From Octopus vulgaris (lineage: Eukaryota), in contig OX597815.1 in NCBI GenBank assembly GCA_951406725.2, positions 213,404,001 through 213,468,000 of the forward strand: a stretch of DNA of 64,000 bases, in the 5' to 3' direction. Each line of letters begins with the position of its first letter. The stretch's first letter is position 1. The position numbers and the translations under genes are program-made. This document shows positions 13,536 to 25,498 of this stretch, piece after piece. A model generated the notes under the pieces. That model saw nothing but the letters and a program-made list of their open reading frames with translations. It made no database searches and was not told where the DNA came from.

Positions 13536-13814
13536 GTAAAATATAAAAGGCATATATCTGTCTGTCTGTCGATGTATATATATATATATATATATATATT
13601 TACTCTTTATCTTATATTAAACTTTTAATACTTTTTGATAGTTATATAATAATTAAAAATAAATAAATAAATAAAATAATAATAATAATAATATATATAT
13701 ATATATTTAAAATTTATAAGTTTAAATTATTAATTTAAATAATTTTTAAAATTTAACTTTAATTTAAATATTTTAATTTTGAATTTTATATTTTATATAT
13801 TTTTTATCAATTAA

Positions 13815-13978
13815 TTTTATTTCTATGTATTGGTTTATGATTTTCACTGTTTGATTTGCCTAATAGTGGGTTTATCTCTAATTTAATATAATATATATAT
13901 ATATTTATACTATAAAATTAGATTTAATCCTAAATCTAATTTTTCCCTGTAAGTTTGGATTTACTCCCTAATATTATA
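13815..13978. mobile_element. (TA)n-embedded non-coding repeat, same family as 25279-25498 (probable Penelope pLTR end)
   Basis: High similarity to 25360-25498: TCACTGTTTGA...CCTAATAGTGG...AATCCTAAATCTAATTTTTCCCTGTAAGTTTGGAT. Confidence 0.7.
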
Positions 13979-13992
13979 TATATATATATATA

Positions 13993-16040
13993 CTAGCAGT
14001 AAAACCCGTTTATCGGGAGTTACATTGAAAGTATTATTATATGTATAATTTACTCCTCCTCCTGTGTGTATGTATTTTGGAAGGGAAAGCCATGTAATAA
14101 TTGAAGTAGAAGAAAGATCAATATTGTACGTGAACTTGTGTTTGTTTATGATATGACAATAATAAGTGGGTTGTGTGTGTTATTTTATTTATCTATACAG
14201 TAATGGTAATGATATATTTTTATAGGAGAAACATGTAATAACTGAAATAGAAAAAAGATCATTTTTATACATGAAGTTCTGTTTGTTTATTACATGAAAA
14301 TAGTTCAGTTGATTGATGTCTTGAAAGCCTCGATCTCATATTTGTTGAAAGTTAAGTGATGCCATAATACAGGAGACTTTATTGAAGCATTGAGCTCATC
14401 CACTTGTGTTCCTCTTGGAACAACCGGTCGTGTTTGTCGGAAGTCTTCTGGCAATAATACTGTGACATTTCCCATCATGGAATTGCAATTTCTAATGCTT
14501 CGTAATGTTCTGCCAACACCTCAAAAACATTTTTGTGGACTATGGTACATTCGCTGGAGAAAATTAACTGACATCTTTGTATCAGTTCACCCATTGCGGA
14601 ATTTTTAGATATATTACAAACTTGATCTTGTTTGTTAGATAAATCTAACGACATCTTGAATGTTGAATGGGTAATCCAACTTCCGGGTAGTAATGTTGCT
14701 GCAATCCCAGAAGTAAGAGTAGCTAAAGCTATTCTTGACGAACTTTACCCAGAAGGAGTTTCAGTACAAATGTTTATTCGGTATCACCTGGAGAATCTAA
14801 GAAATAAAGCCCCCCCCGTGTTATTGTTAATAATTTTTTTGTATGACAGTGGAATATACACAACGTTGATCAGGTAGAAGCTTGGTGTTGCATCTAGAAA
14901 GTTACTCTCCGAGGCACAAGTCTGGGCAAGGTTGTTTATGGAAGACCAGCAGCCACCCATGCATACCAGCCTCACCTCTCCACGCCACCGATGTTATCCA
15001 AGGGAAAGGCAAAGGCCGATACAGCTTGGCACCAGTGACGTCGCAGCTCATTTATTAACGTACAAATGGCAGAGCACTCCACAGACACGTGTACCCTTAA
15101 CGTAGTTCTCGGGGAGATTCAGCGTGACACAGAGTGTCACAAGGCTGGCCCTTTGAAATACAGGTACAACAGAAACAGGAAGAAAGAGTGAGAGAAAGTT
15201 ATGGTGAAAGAGTACAGCAGGGTTCACCACCACCCACTACTGGAGCCTCGTGGAGCTTTAAGTGTTTTCGCTCAATAAACACTCACAATGCCCGGTCAGG
15301 GAATCGAAACCGCTATCCTACGACCGCGAGTCCGCTGCCCTAGCCACTGGGCCATTGCACATCCACAGAAGTTTGGTAAGATTATCATTTATGTACATGG
15401 TCATTTCCTCCTTATCATATGAAATTTCTCTCATTATTTCAGTGGACGGAGTGTTAAGATCCCCTCTATTAATTAGTGGGAGACCTAAATTTTGTATAAG
15501 TTCACCTCCCATGGGACTAATTTGATCTTCTATTTCAATCAAAGCCACATTGTATATAGCATCAGTAAAACCAATCAATATCTTGCTGAGGATTATTGAA
15601 CTGAAGTTGGTGCTTGAAATCTTCAGCAAGATCATTTCTGAACATATTCCACGGTTGAACAGGATTACTTAAATCCTTAAAATCCTTAAAAATTTTTTAG
15701 CCCGAAGGCCGCGGCCATGCTGGGGCACCACCGCTGAAATTCACAATTTTTGAGAATAATAGCAAAAAGACATCTTAAAGTCTTCGGTATTTTTGATATT
15801 GAAGCTTCTTCTAATGTAGCTTGCCATTGCTTATCATTTGCAAGCAAACCTAGCCTGAAACACGCTTCTCGATATGTTCTGCGAATCTCATCATCAACTT
15901 GTTTCAAACTTTCCCATGAAGTTGGTCCTCATTTTACATGAAGAAGCATTCTCAGATGAAAGCATTCATTTCAGTTAGGATGTACAGTTTATAATCTACC
16001 AATTGTTGTTCTACCAGAATGGCCTTTAACCATTGTGCCT
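13993..16040 (-). mobile_element. Degenerate Helitron (RepHel pseudogene), interrupted by SINEs
   Basis: 3' end CCCG-ATAAA-CGGG hairpin then CTAG (13993-13996); PIF1 helicase motifs DFRQTRPVVPRGT and SGIAATLLPGSWITHSTFK; Rep-helicase region IGRL*TVHP..ECFHLRMLLHV, TYREACFRLGLL, LRCLFAIIL, NVALIEIED; many stops and frameshifts. Confidence 0.9.
14870..15360 (-). mobile_element. tRNA-derived SINE, family C variant, inserted in the Helitron
   Basis: Minus-strand head GTGCAATGGCCCAGTGGCTAGGGCAGCGGACTCGCGGTCGTAGGATAGCGGTTTCGATTCC; body shared with 19290-19390. Confidence 0.8.
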
Positions 16041-16084
16041 ATTTTGCGCCTGTTCCATTTATTATTACTCCATGTGTAAATAAG

Positions 16085-16122
<38 letters not shown>

Positions 16123-16414
16123 GAAAAAGGAAGAGAGAAAGAGAGAAGAAGAAAGAGAAGGACAATAGACAGATAGAGAAGAAAAAAAAATCATAGAGAG
16201 ATGGTGTCTCATTGAAGTATCATAGCAGGGTATTAGTTTTACTTTGCGGTACAAAGAGACAGAATCTCTTTAAAGTAGCATGGTAGAGAGACAGACAGGC
16301 AGACAGACAGAGAATATAGAAGGGAAGAGAGAGAGAGAGTAGAGGAGACATAGGAAGTCATAGAGATGGTGCCTGGTTGTAGTTTCACTTTGTGGGACGA
16401 ACAGACAAACAGAA

Positions 16415-16477
<63 letters not shown>

Positions 16478-16481
<4 letters not shown>

Positions 16482-16690
16482 ACTTGTTTCAGTCGTGTAA
16501 CTGTGGCCATGCTGGGGCACCACCTTGAAGAATATTTAGTCGAATGAATCGACCCTAGTACTTTTTTTTAAAAGCCTGGTACTTATTCTATCGATCTCTT
16601 TACGGAACTGATAAGTTACGGGGACGCAAACACACACCGGTTGTCAAGCGGTGGTAGAGGACAAATATAGACACAAAAACACACACACAC

Positions 16691-16748
<58 letters not shown>

Positions 16749-16897
16749 GACGGGCATCTCTCAGTTTCCACTCACAAGGCTCTTGTGGTCACGGAACTAT
16801 AGTAGAAGACATTGTCTAAGGTGCCACGCAGTGGGACTGAATCCGGAATTATGTGGTTGGGAAGCAAGCGTCTTACCACGCAGCCACACTTGCGCAT
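16478..16897 (-). mobile_element. SINE family A
   Basis: Full family consensus with internal (TA)n. Confidence 0.85.
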
Positions 16898-16924
16898 ATA
16901 CACAGACATGCAGGAAGTAAATAG

Positions 16925-18130
16925 ACACCTTTAATTTTCAAAATCGTTTATTTAATACGCAAAGCGAACAATTGAAATGTAATCGATAGGTAGGACTCCA
17001 TACTTTAGTATTTAGTTGACATTCCCTTTGCAGTTTTAATTCAGAAACTCTTTTTGGCATTGAACTGATGAGCTTTGTGATAGTCTCTTGTGGAATTTCT
17101 GCCCACTTTTCACGCAACAATCGAAACAATTCATCTTTAGATTTAGGTTTCTGTCGAGTTTTTCGTATAGCTCTATCTAGTATGCTCCAAATATTTTCAA
17201 TTGGGTTCATGTCAGGAGATTGGCTCGGGTAAGTAAGCTTTTTGATCCCATTTTCAGTCAACCATTGTTGATTCCTTTTCGCTGTGTGGCATGGAGCCGC
17301 ATCTTCCATTAATAAAAACACATTTTCCTTTGTGTTATCGCGTGAATACATCGGAAGTAGTCGTTGTTTAAGTATTTCGATGTATTTTGCAGAGTTTATG
17401 GTTCCAACACATTCGATCAGCTCAGAACGACCATTAGTGGTGACAGTTCCCCATACCATTACAGAGATACCACCATGTTTCACAGTTGTTTGGAGTCGTT
17501 TCAAGTCAAATTCTTGATTGGGAAGCGTCCAGACCCAAACACGTCCACTGTCCGAAAATAATGCAAATCTGGGTTCATCTGAGCAAATCACTATCCTAAA
17601 ATGAACTGAATTTTTCTGACATCTTCTTAGCCCATTTCTTTCTTTTCATGATATTAATTGGTTGAAGGAAAGGTTTTTTCCTAGCTGCTCGTCCATAATA
17701 CTCAAGCTTATGCAGATATGTAACACACGTTCTTGGACTAACTTCTAGCTGTTTTGCAACATCAGAAACCTTCGAGCGGGGTTCATTTTCCACAATTCTC
17801 TTCAAATAGCGAAGCTTCCTTTCCGAGGGATCAGGTCAGCCGGGACGAGAATCTGTTGATTCTTTTCCTTGGCTTTTGAATTGCACTATAATTCTATTAA
17901 CAGTAGCAAGAGGAATTTGAAGATTTTCGGCAATTTTTCGCTGGCTAAGACCATCTTCAGATTGCCCAGCAATACGACCTCTTTGAAAATCTGACAGTTC
18001 TGCTGAATTTTTCGTGCATGGCATGGTTACTCTTCGCAAATGTTTAGTATAATGGCACCTGGAATGAAAAAGAATAATTACATTGTAAATTCTACACCGC
18101 TGAAAACATATTAAGACGCTTAGATCATAA
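16925..18130 (-). mobile_element. Tc1-family DD34E transposase pseudogene
   Basis: HTH ([10 protein letters not shown]...SQRKIA), RKKP, ICSDE, and D-x34-E (EDAAPCH...SPDMNPIEN); premature stops at 17836 and 17596 plus a frameshift near 17592; TIRs not recognisable. Confidence 0.93.
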
Positions 18131-18159
18131 ATTTTGAAATTGTCTCTTTATTTCCTTCA

Positions 18160-18201
<42 letters not shown>

Positions 18202-18317
18202 ATTTGTGGGCTATGAGCTCATGTAAAAAAGAAAGAAAGCAAGAGAAGTATGCTATCGTAAAATCAAGTTGAAGATCGACAAACGGATGCAGTAATTGCA
18301 AAAAATTGCTGAGAGAA

Positions 18318-18935
18318 AGGCGGGGAGCTGTCAGAAACGTTAGCACACCGGGTGAAATGCTTAGCGGTATTTCGTCTGTCTTCATATTCTGAGTTCAAAT
18401 TCCGCGAAGGTCGACATTGCTTTTTATCCTTTCAGGGTCGATAAATTAAGTACCAGTTGCGTACTGGGGTCGATCTAATCGACTGCCTCCTCCTCCAAAA
18501 TTTCGGGCCTTGTGCCTAGAGCAGAAAAGAATATTTTGCTGAGAGAAAGGCGATAACTTGGCAGAAACGTTAGCACACCGGGCGAAATGCCTTGCGGTAT
18601 TTCGTCTGTCTTTACGTTCTGAGTTCAAATTCCGCCGAGGTCGACTTTGCCTTTCATCCCTTCGGGGTCGATTAAATTAGTACCAGTTACGCACTGGGGT
18701 CAATGTAATCGACTTAATCCCTTTGTCTGTCCTTGTTTGTCTCCTCTATGTTTAGCCCCTTCTGGGCAATAAAGAAATAAGAAACGTTAGCACACCGGGC
18801 GAAATGCTTAGCGGTATTTCGTCTGTCTTTATGTTCTGAGTTCAAATTCCGCCGAGGTCGACTTTCCCTTTCATCCTTTCGAGGTCGATAAATTGAGTGC
18901 CAGTTACTAGCCTTGTGCCTATAGTAGAAAAGAAT
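18318..18935 (+). mobile_element. Tandem cluster of three SINE family B copies
   Basis: GAAACGTTAGCACACCGGG restarts at ~18334, ~18564 and ~18781. Confidence 0.85.
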
Positions 18936-19194
18936 AGAGAGAGAGAGCAAAAAAAATGGTTTCATAAAAGTTTCAATTTCAGGTGTATCACTCTCTCACA
19001 TTTCCAACCTTTTAGTTTGCAGATTTTCACATCCACTTAATCACAGAAGGTTCTGATGCTTCGTTCAATCGATATGGTTACCATTGCAACAAATCTTTTT
19101 TTTTTGCAACAACCCTTAAATACAACTTTAGTAAATTATTTTTCATTTATACTGTTTATTTTTTCACAGTGAACTGAACTTGCAAAGTCGTTAG

Positions 19195-19530
19195 GGTATG
19201 AAGGAAGAAGGAGCACTCCGTCAGTTACAACGACGAGGATCCCAGCTGATGCGATCAACGGAACACCTTGCTCGTGAAATTAACGTACAGGTGGCTGAGC
19301 ACTCCACAGACACGTGTACCCTTAACGTAGTTCTCGGGGAGATTCAGTGTGACGCAGAGTGTGACAAGGCCGGCCCTTTGAAATACAGGTACTACTCATT
19401 TTTGCCAACTGAGTGGACTGGAGCGACGTGAAAGTAAAGTGTCTTGCTCAAGGACACAACGCGTCATCGGGAATTGAACTCAGAACCTTACGATTGTAAG
19501 CCGATTGCCCTAACCACTAAGCCACGCACC
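19195..19530 (-). mobile_element. SINE family C
   Basis: Minus-strand head GCGTGGCTTAGTGGTTAGGGC...GAGTTCAATTCC; body GTTGTGTCCTTGAGCAAGACAC. Confidence 0.8.
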
Positions 19531-19973
19531 ACGCAGCTTCACAGTGGGTATATTGATTAGGGTATATATATATATATAAAATACAACGCTTTATTTTGAG
19601 ATTGCTAGTGTTAACAATACTCGCAAAAAATACATACTGGAGTTGTAGTGCTCCAAGTGAGCTATATTTCACTTCTTAATTTGAACTTTTAAAATGTAAA
19701 TTATGTATAAAACCGACTTATATCTATTTATATATATATATATTTTATATCTTTTTATCTTGAATTTATACATCCGTTTTGTAAATGTGGAAGAATATAT
19801 GAATATATGTATCTATTTGATCTTCGAGTGTGGATTTTAATCATGTTCCTCTAGTTTCCGCTTGCATTACCTCGCCTCCGTTCAAATTAAGAAGTGATAT
19901 ATATATATATATATATATACTCTTTTACTTGTTTCAGTCATTTGACTGCGGCCATGCTGGAGCACCGCCTTTA

Positions 19974-20005
<32 letters not shown>

Positions 20006-20154
20006 GAATATACATATATTTATTCATATGTACATAATACAAACTCATCTCTCTTTCTCTCTTTCTACACACACACACACGCAAACACAGACACACACAC
20101 ACAGACAGACACGCGTGCGCAAACACACACACTCACTCGTATATGCTTACACAT

Positions 20155-20185
<31 letters not shown>

Positions 20186-20874
20186 CATACAAACATGTCT
20201 GATGACAACGATCCAGCAAAGAATGATTTCAGTGACTTCGAAGAAAAAAAGAAAAAGAAAAACAAAAAAAATGCTGATTTCGAGAAAGCTGGGTTTATTG
20301 GCAGACAGTTTTGGTATAAGCAGACAGCAGCGTGACCTTATTAGGCGATAAGGGCAAGACTATCTATACTACTGAACTTGCAGCCAAAAGTGAAGTTGAT
20401 TTGGTATGCCAAATGACATAATCGTAAACGTTGTCAGCAACTGTGCTCTTGTTTAATTTTGTTGACTACATCAAAACAGTAGTAATGTTCTCACTTAGTA
20501 AGACTTAATGTTTAGATGTAGTCGAGAAATTAAAAAGAAAACCTATTTGTCATTTAGATTTTTTCTTTTTTGTTTTGTAATGTAAGACGTAAATGTACTG
20601 ATTTATTATCTAAATAAAATCTATGTCGTTAAATAGTTGTAGCTAGCTTATATATGTCTGCCGTTTCCCTATAAATAAATATAGTAAAATCTTCATAATC
20701 TTCGTTCCTCTTCTGTTATTGGTTATCCATCTATAAAGTAAAACCAAGTTACTGACATCTTTTGAGTCTTATGAGAATCAAATAATCGGTTAGAGTAACG
20801 GAAGTTCAAATATATAGAACATGCTATACTTTAAGAAACAAATCCATCTTGCTATTATTCTTTTCAACCCTCCC

Positions 20875-21307
20875 CCTGTGTCTGGCATATTCTTTTCTAC
20901 TCTAGGCCCACAAGGTCCTAACTTTTGGGGGAGGGGGCAGTCGATTATATCGACCCCAGTACGCAGCTTGGTACTTAATTTATCGACCCTGAAAGGATGA
21001 AAGCAAAGTCGACCTCGGCAGAATTTGAACTCAGAACGTAAAGATAGACGAAATACCTATTTCTTTACTACCTACAAGGGGCTAAACACAGAGAGGACAA
21101 ACAAGGACAGACAGACGGATTAAGTCGATTACATCGACCCCAGTGCGTAACTGGTACTTATTTAATCGACCCCGAAAAGATGAAAGGCAAAGTCGACCTC
21201 GGCAGAAGTTGAACTCAGAACGTAACGGCAGACGAAATACTGCTGAGCATTTCGCCCGGCGTGCTAACCACTCTGCCAGCTCGCCGCCTTCCTGTGTCTG
21301 GCATATT
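20875..21307 (-). mobile_element. Dimeric SINE family B with a 17-bp target-site duplication
   Basis: CCTGTGTCTGGCATATT at 20875-20891 and 21291-21307 flanking two bodies. Confidence 0.85.
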
Positions 21308-21354
21308 TACTATCTGATTTAGTTCTCAACTCTTCTGTATTCTTTTTTTCTTTT

Positions 21355-21745
21355 TTATTTATTTCAGTCATTTGACTGCGGCCATGCTGGAGCACCGCCT
21401 TTAGTCGAAGAAATGACCTCAAGACTTATTCTTTGTAACCCTAGTACTTATTCTATCGGTCTCTTTTGCCGAACCGCTAAGTTGCGGGTATGTAAACACA
21501 CCAACATCGGTTGTCAAGCGATGGTGGGGGGAAAATAAATACATATACGCAAACATACACACATGTATGCATGCATACATGCATACGACAGGCTTCTTTC
21601 AGTTTCCGTCCAACAAATCCACTCACAAGGCTTTGGTCGGACCGAGGCTATAGTAGAAAACACTTGCCCAAGGTACTTCGCAGTGGGACTGAACCCGGAG
21701 CCATATGGTTGGTAAGCAAGCTAATTACCACGCAGCCACTCCTGA
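21355..21745 (-). mobile_element. SINE family A
   Basis: Family consensus. Confidence 0.85.
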
Positions 21746-21759
21746 CCCTATGTCATATT

Positions 21760-22900
21760 GTTTCAAATTGTGGCACAAGGCCAGCAATTTCGGGGAGGTG
21801 TAAGTCAATTACATCGACTCCAGTGCTCAACTGGTACTCATTTTATCTAACCCGAAAGGATGAAAAGTAAAGTTGACCTCTGTGGAGTTTGAACTCAGAA
21901 CGTAATGACGGACGAAATATCTATTTCTTTACTACCCACAATGGGCTAAACACAGAGAGGAAAAACAAGGACAGACAAATGGATTAAGTCGATTACATCG
22001 ACCCCAGTGCGTAACTGGTACTTAATTTATCGACCCCGAAAGGATGAAAGGCCACGGCGGAATTTGAACTCACAACGTAACGACAGACGAAATACGGCTA
22101 CGCATTTCGCCCGGTGTGCTAACGTTTCTGCCAGCTCGCCGCCTGACCTCTGTGTCTGTCGCATTATCTGACTCGGGCGTTTCTCAACTGTTTTGTATGT
22201 CATATTGGCTGTGTGACTCACACACTCACAGTTATCTATTTTCGTTATTACTGGGCTTTCTGTCGTTATCTTTCCATGTGTGTGGCATTTGCATGCAGTT
22301 TGTCATATACTTTGAAGTGGAAAATGGAAGGTGAACGAGAGGATGAGAAAGAAGATTAGAACAATACATACTATGGAAAGAAGACTGCTCAATATCATAC
22401 TGAAAGATAAGGTGGCGTGCTAGCCAAATCATTACAGTACCGGACAAAATGCCGCGAAAACTTTTGTCCGACATTATGTTCTGAGTTCAGATGCCGACGA
22501 GGTCGACTTTGTCTGTCATTCTTTCGAGGTCGATATAATAAGTGCTTGTTGAGCCCTGGGGTCGATGTCATCGACTAGCCTCCACCCTCGAAATTGCTGG
22601 CTTTGTGCCAAAATTTGAAACTATTATTATGTTGAAAGATAGAATTGAATTTGTGGCGATAAGAGGAAAGCATTGGTTAAGGATATATTTCCAGAAAAAA
22701 TACTTTCTACTGTAGGCACAAGGCCTGAAATTTTGATGGGAGGAGTAAGTCTATCCCAGTGCTCAACTGGTACTTATTTTATCAACATCGAAAGGAGGAA
22801 ACGCGAAGTCGACCTTGGCGGAATTTGAACTCAGAACGCAAAGAGCCGGAAGAAATGACGCTAAGCACTTCGTCCAACGTGCTAACGATTCTGCTGCCCT
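21760..22900. mobile_element. SINE family B cluster: dimer (-) 21760-22145, (+) ~22420-22625, (-) ~22700-22900
   Basis: Family consensus on both strands. Confidence 0.8.
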
Positions 22901-23848
22901 TATTCTTCAAGAAATGATAAAAAATAAATCACAGTTGGACGGTTCAATTAAACGGACGTAAAAGATCAAGGGATGGATTCCAAGACAGGGATTGAAAAAG
23001 AGAGAAAAAGATATGAAGGGATGGCATCGAGGAATACACGAAGACAATAAGGGCCGACACAAGACTGGTTTGGACTGAAATGGCAACTGGCAGGTGAATA
23101 ATGATATCGTAAATTACAATAATCTAGGACAGTTATAACGGCCTCTTCTTAATCTCAACACTTGGAATGCATCTTGTAGAAAAGTCTTAAAGAAGGATAC
23201 GTCCAGCAGTCGACAGCTTTATAGCCGAAGAGAAAAAATTCTGCTTTAAAAAAAAGCAAAACCTGCGATAAAATGTAATTTGGTCAGCTTGTTTTTGTGA
23301 TTTAAATCCCTTTATTTAAATAATTGAGATATCAAAAAAGTACATCAATTATCACATTTTTTCACAAGTTTTTTAGTTTCGTATTCAAATCAAACGTTTA
23401 ATTTATTGTGTATTTGTACAACAGACTTGAAAATGCAGCTTACAGCAAAACAATTCATCTGCGAATGTTAGATATGGTCAAAAGACAAATCTCAGCTAAT
23501 GAATATGTGTAAATGAAATATACGGAGTCTTGTACGCTGTACACTAATTAAACCTATTACGTTGGCCACTTATGCTAAAGTGTCCTTTTAAGAAGATTAA
23601 GTTTTAATCCTTTAGCATTAAAACTGTCCATATCCAGTCCAAATATTCTGTTTTATGTTCAAACCGTCCAAATCCTGCCTCTCATACCTACTCTTAAAAT
23701 ACACAATCACTTTATCAAAATCTCAAAGCTATAAGATAATGCATGATTAATTCAAAACGGAGCGAATAAATAAACCTTACATTTGATATAAGGTTGCAAA
23801 TTAGCTATTTCAAATATGCAAATTTAGTAAAATGCTCTTTCAAACGGT

Positions 23849-24131
23849 TTATATTTCTTAAATAAATAAATGCACCCTTTTAAATGCTAGCCAGGCTCAT
23901 GGGCCCGGTTTCTCTGTTTCTATGGCGTATGAGTTCCCCAGCTGGACGGGACGCCAGTCCATTGCAGCGTTACTCATTTTTGCCAGCTGAGTGGACTGGA
24001 GCAACGTGAAATGAAGTGTTTTGCTCAAGAACACAACGAGTCGCCCGGTCCAGGAATCGAAACCACAATCTTACGATCATGGTGCTGACACCCTAACCAC
24101 TAAGCCACGCGCCTCCACTTATATTTCTTAA
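23849..24131 (-). mobile_element. SINE family C with a 13-bp TSD
   Basis: TTATATTTCTTAA on both flanks; highly similar to 31352-31612. Confidence 0.88.
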
Positions 24132-25278
24132 TATAATATATTATATATTTTAACATGTTTGAACAGAAATATATCATTGTATCTGTTAATAGAAATTACA
24201 TATTTCAATAAAAGATACACAAATAGTACTGCAGTTAATAATTCCGGACCGTTTTCTTGCATTCTAATCTTTTACGGAAATTCTGAATACGTTAAAACTT
24301 CATAATAAACGTTACAAAATTCTCAATTTCGTTTGGGGTGTTTATCTCTGATAGCTGACTTGTGTGCACAATACGGAAGATGAAGTTGTTGCTTTTTCGT
24401 GCTACAGTAATATATTGAAAAACAAACACTTCTAATACTTTCAAAGTTGGTCACAATTTTACGGAATGCATAGTTTACGAATAGATGAAACGAGTAAATT
24501 GGTATCATCGGTCACTTTTGAGTTTTCTCCAAAATCTGTGAATGTCTGTATGTGTGCATACTTGTGTGTATGTGTGGGTGGGGTGGGGGTCGGGGTGGAC
24601 GTGTGTGTGTGACGGGTTTCTTAAGATTAGCATTTTGATAGTCTGGCAAAGGTAGAATGAGGACTTAGACAATAGTTTTAGCGTCTGAAATAGTAAAAGA
24701 CCTTAGAACTTCTGTTATGCGACTACTCAATGCTGTTTCATCAAAGTACAGAATGTCACCCGAAAGAATACAAATATATAATAATAATAAAAAAAGAACG
24801 ACAAATACAGTTTACCTGAAAAAGTATCCCAGATACACTATACATGAGAACAAGACAGGGTGGTTACAGGTGGAAAGCCTTTGGCAATAGTTTTTCTCAA
24901 ACGTAGCTGACCTGGGACTAAACAACAGCCACCTCTTTAAATCATAGCGTTCAAACACTTTTCAAATATTTTATGCAGAACCAAAGCCGCAGTTATTGTA
25001 CGAGCATGTCGATGGCAATATGCGTGATACGGAATTAATGTAGGAACAAGGTAACTTTCCACATGATCTTTGGCGATATAGAACAGATATAATGTCGCCA
25101 GAATGGTTTCCGAGTCACAGACACTCTTTTCTTATTGGAGACTGCTATTTTTTTTCTTTTTAAATCTGGTTTGAAGTATTTTTTAGTGTTAGTTCAGAAT
25201 TGCTAAGCCCCTTAAGTGAAAAAAACTATATTCCTAGACTCGATGGCTAGGCCTTTTGTTCTTGATATATATATATGT

Positions 25279-25498
25279 ATAAATTAAATTAGAGATAAAA
25301 CCACTATTAAGCAACTCAAACAGTGATAGACATAAACCAAAACAGTATGAATATAAATTTTGGTTTATGTCTATCACTGTTTGAGTTGCCTAATAGTGGT
25401 TTTATCTCTAATCTAATTTATATTTATACTGTGAAATTCGATTTAATCCTAAATCTAATTTTTTCCCTGTAAGTTTGGATATACTCCCTAATATTATA
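25279..25498. mobile_element. (TA)n-flanked foldback element with 64-bp inverted arms
   Basis: Arms 25279-25342 and 25358-25421 with 2 mismatches and a 15-nt loop; shares sequence with 13815-13978. Confidence 0.85.

Noticed and set aside
13600-13812. Near-pure A/T stretch
   Set aside because: No structure; may be decayed repeat or low-quality assembly sequence
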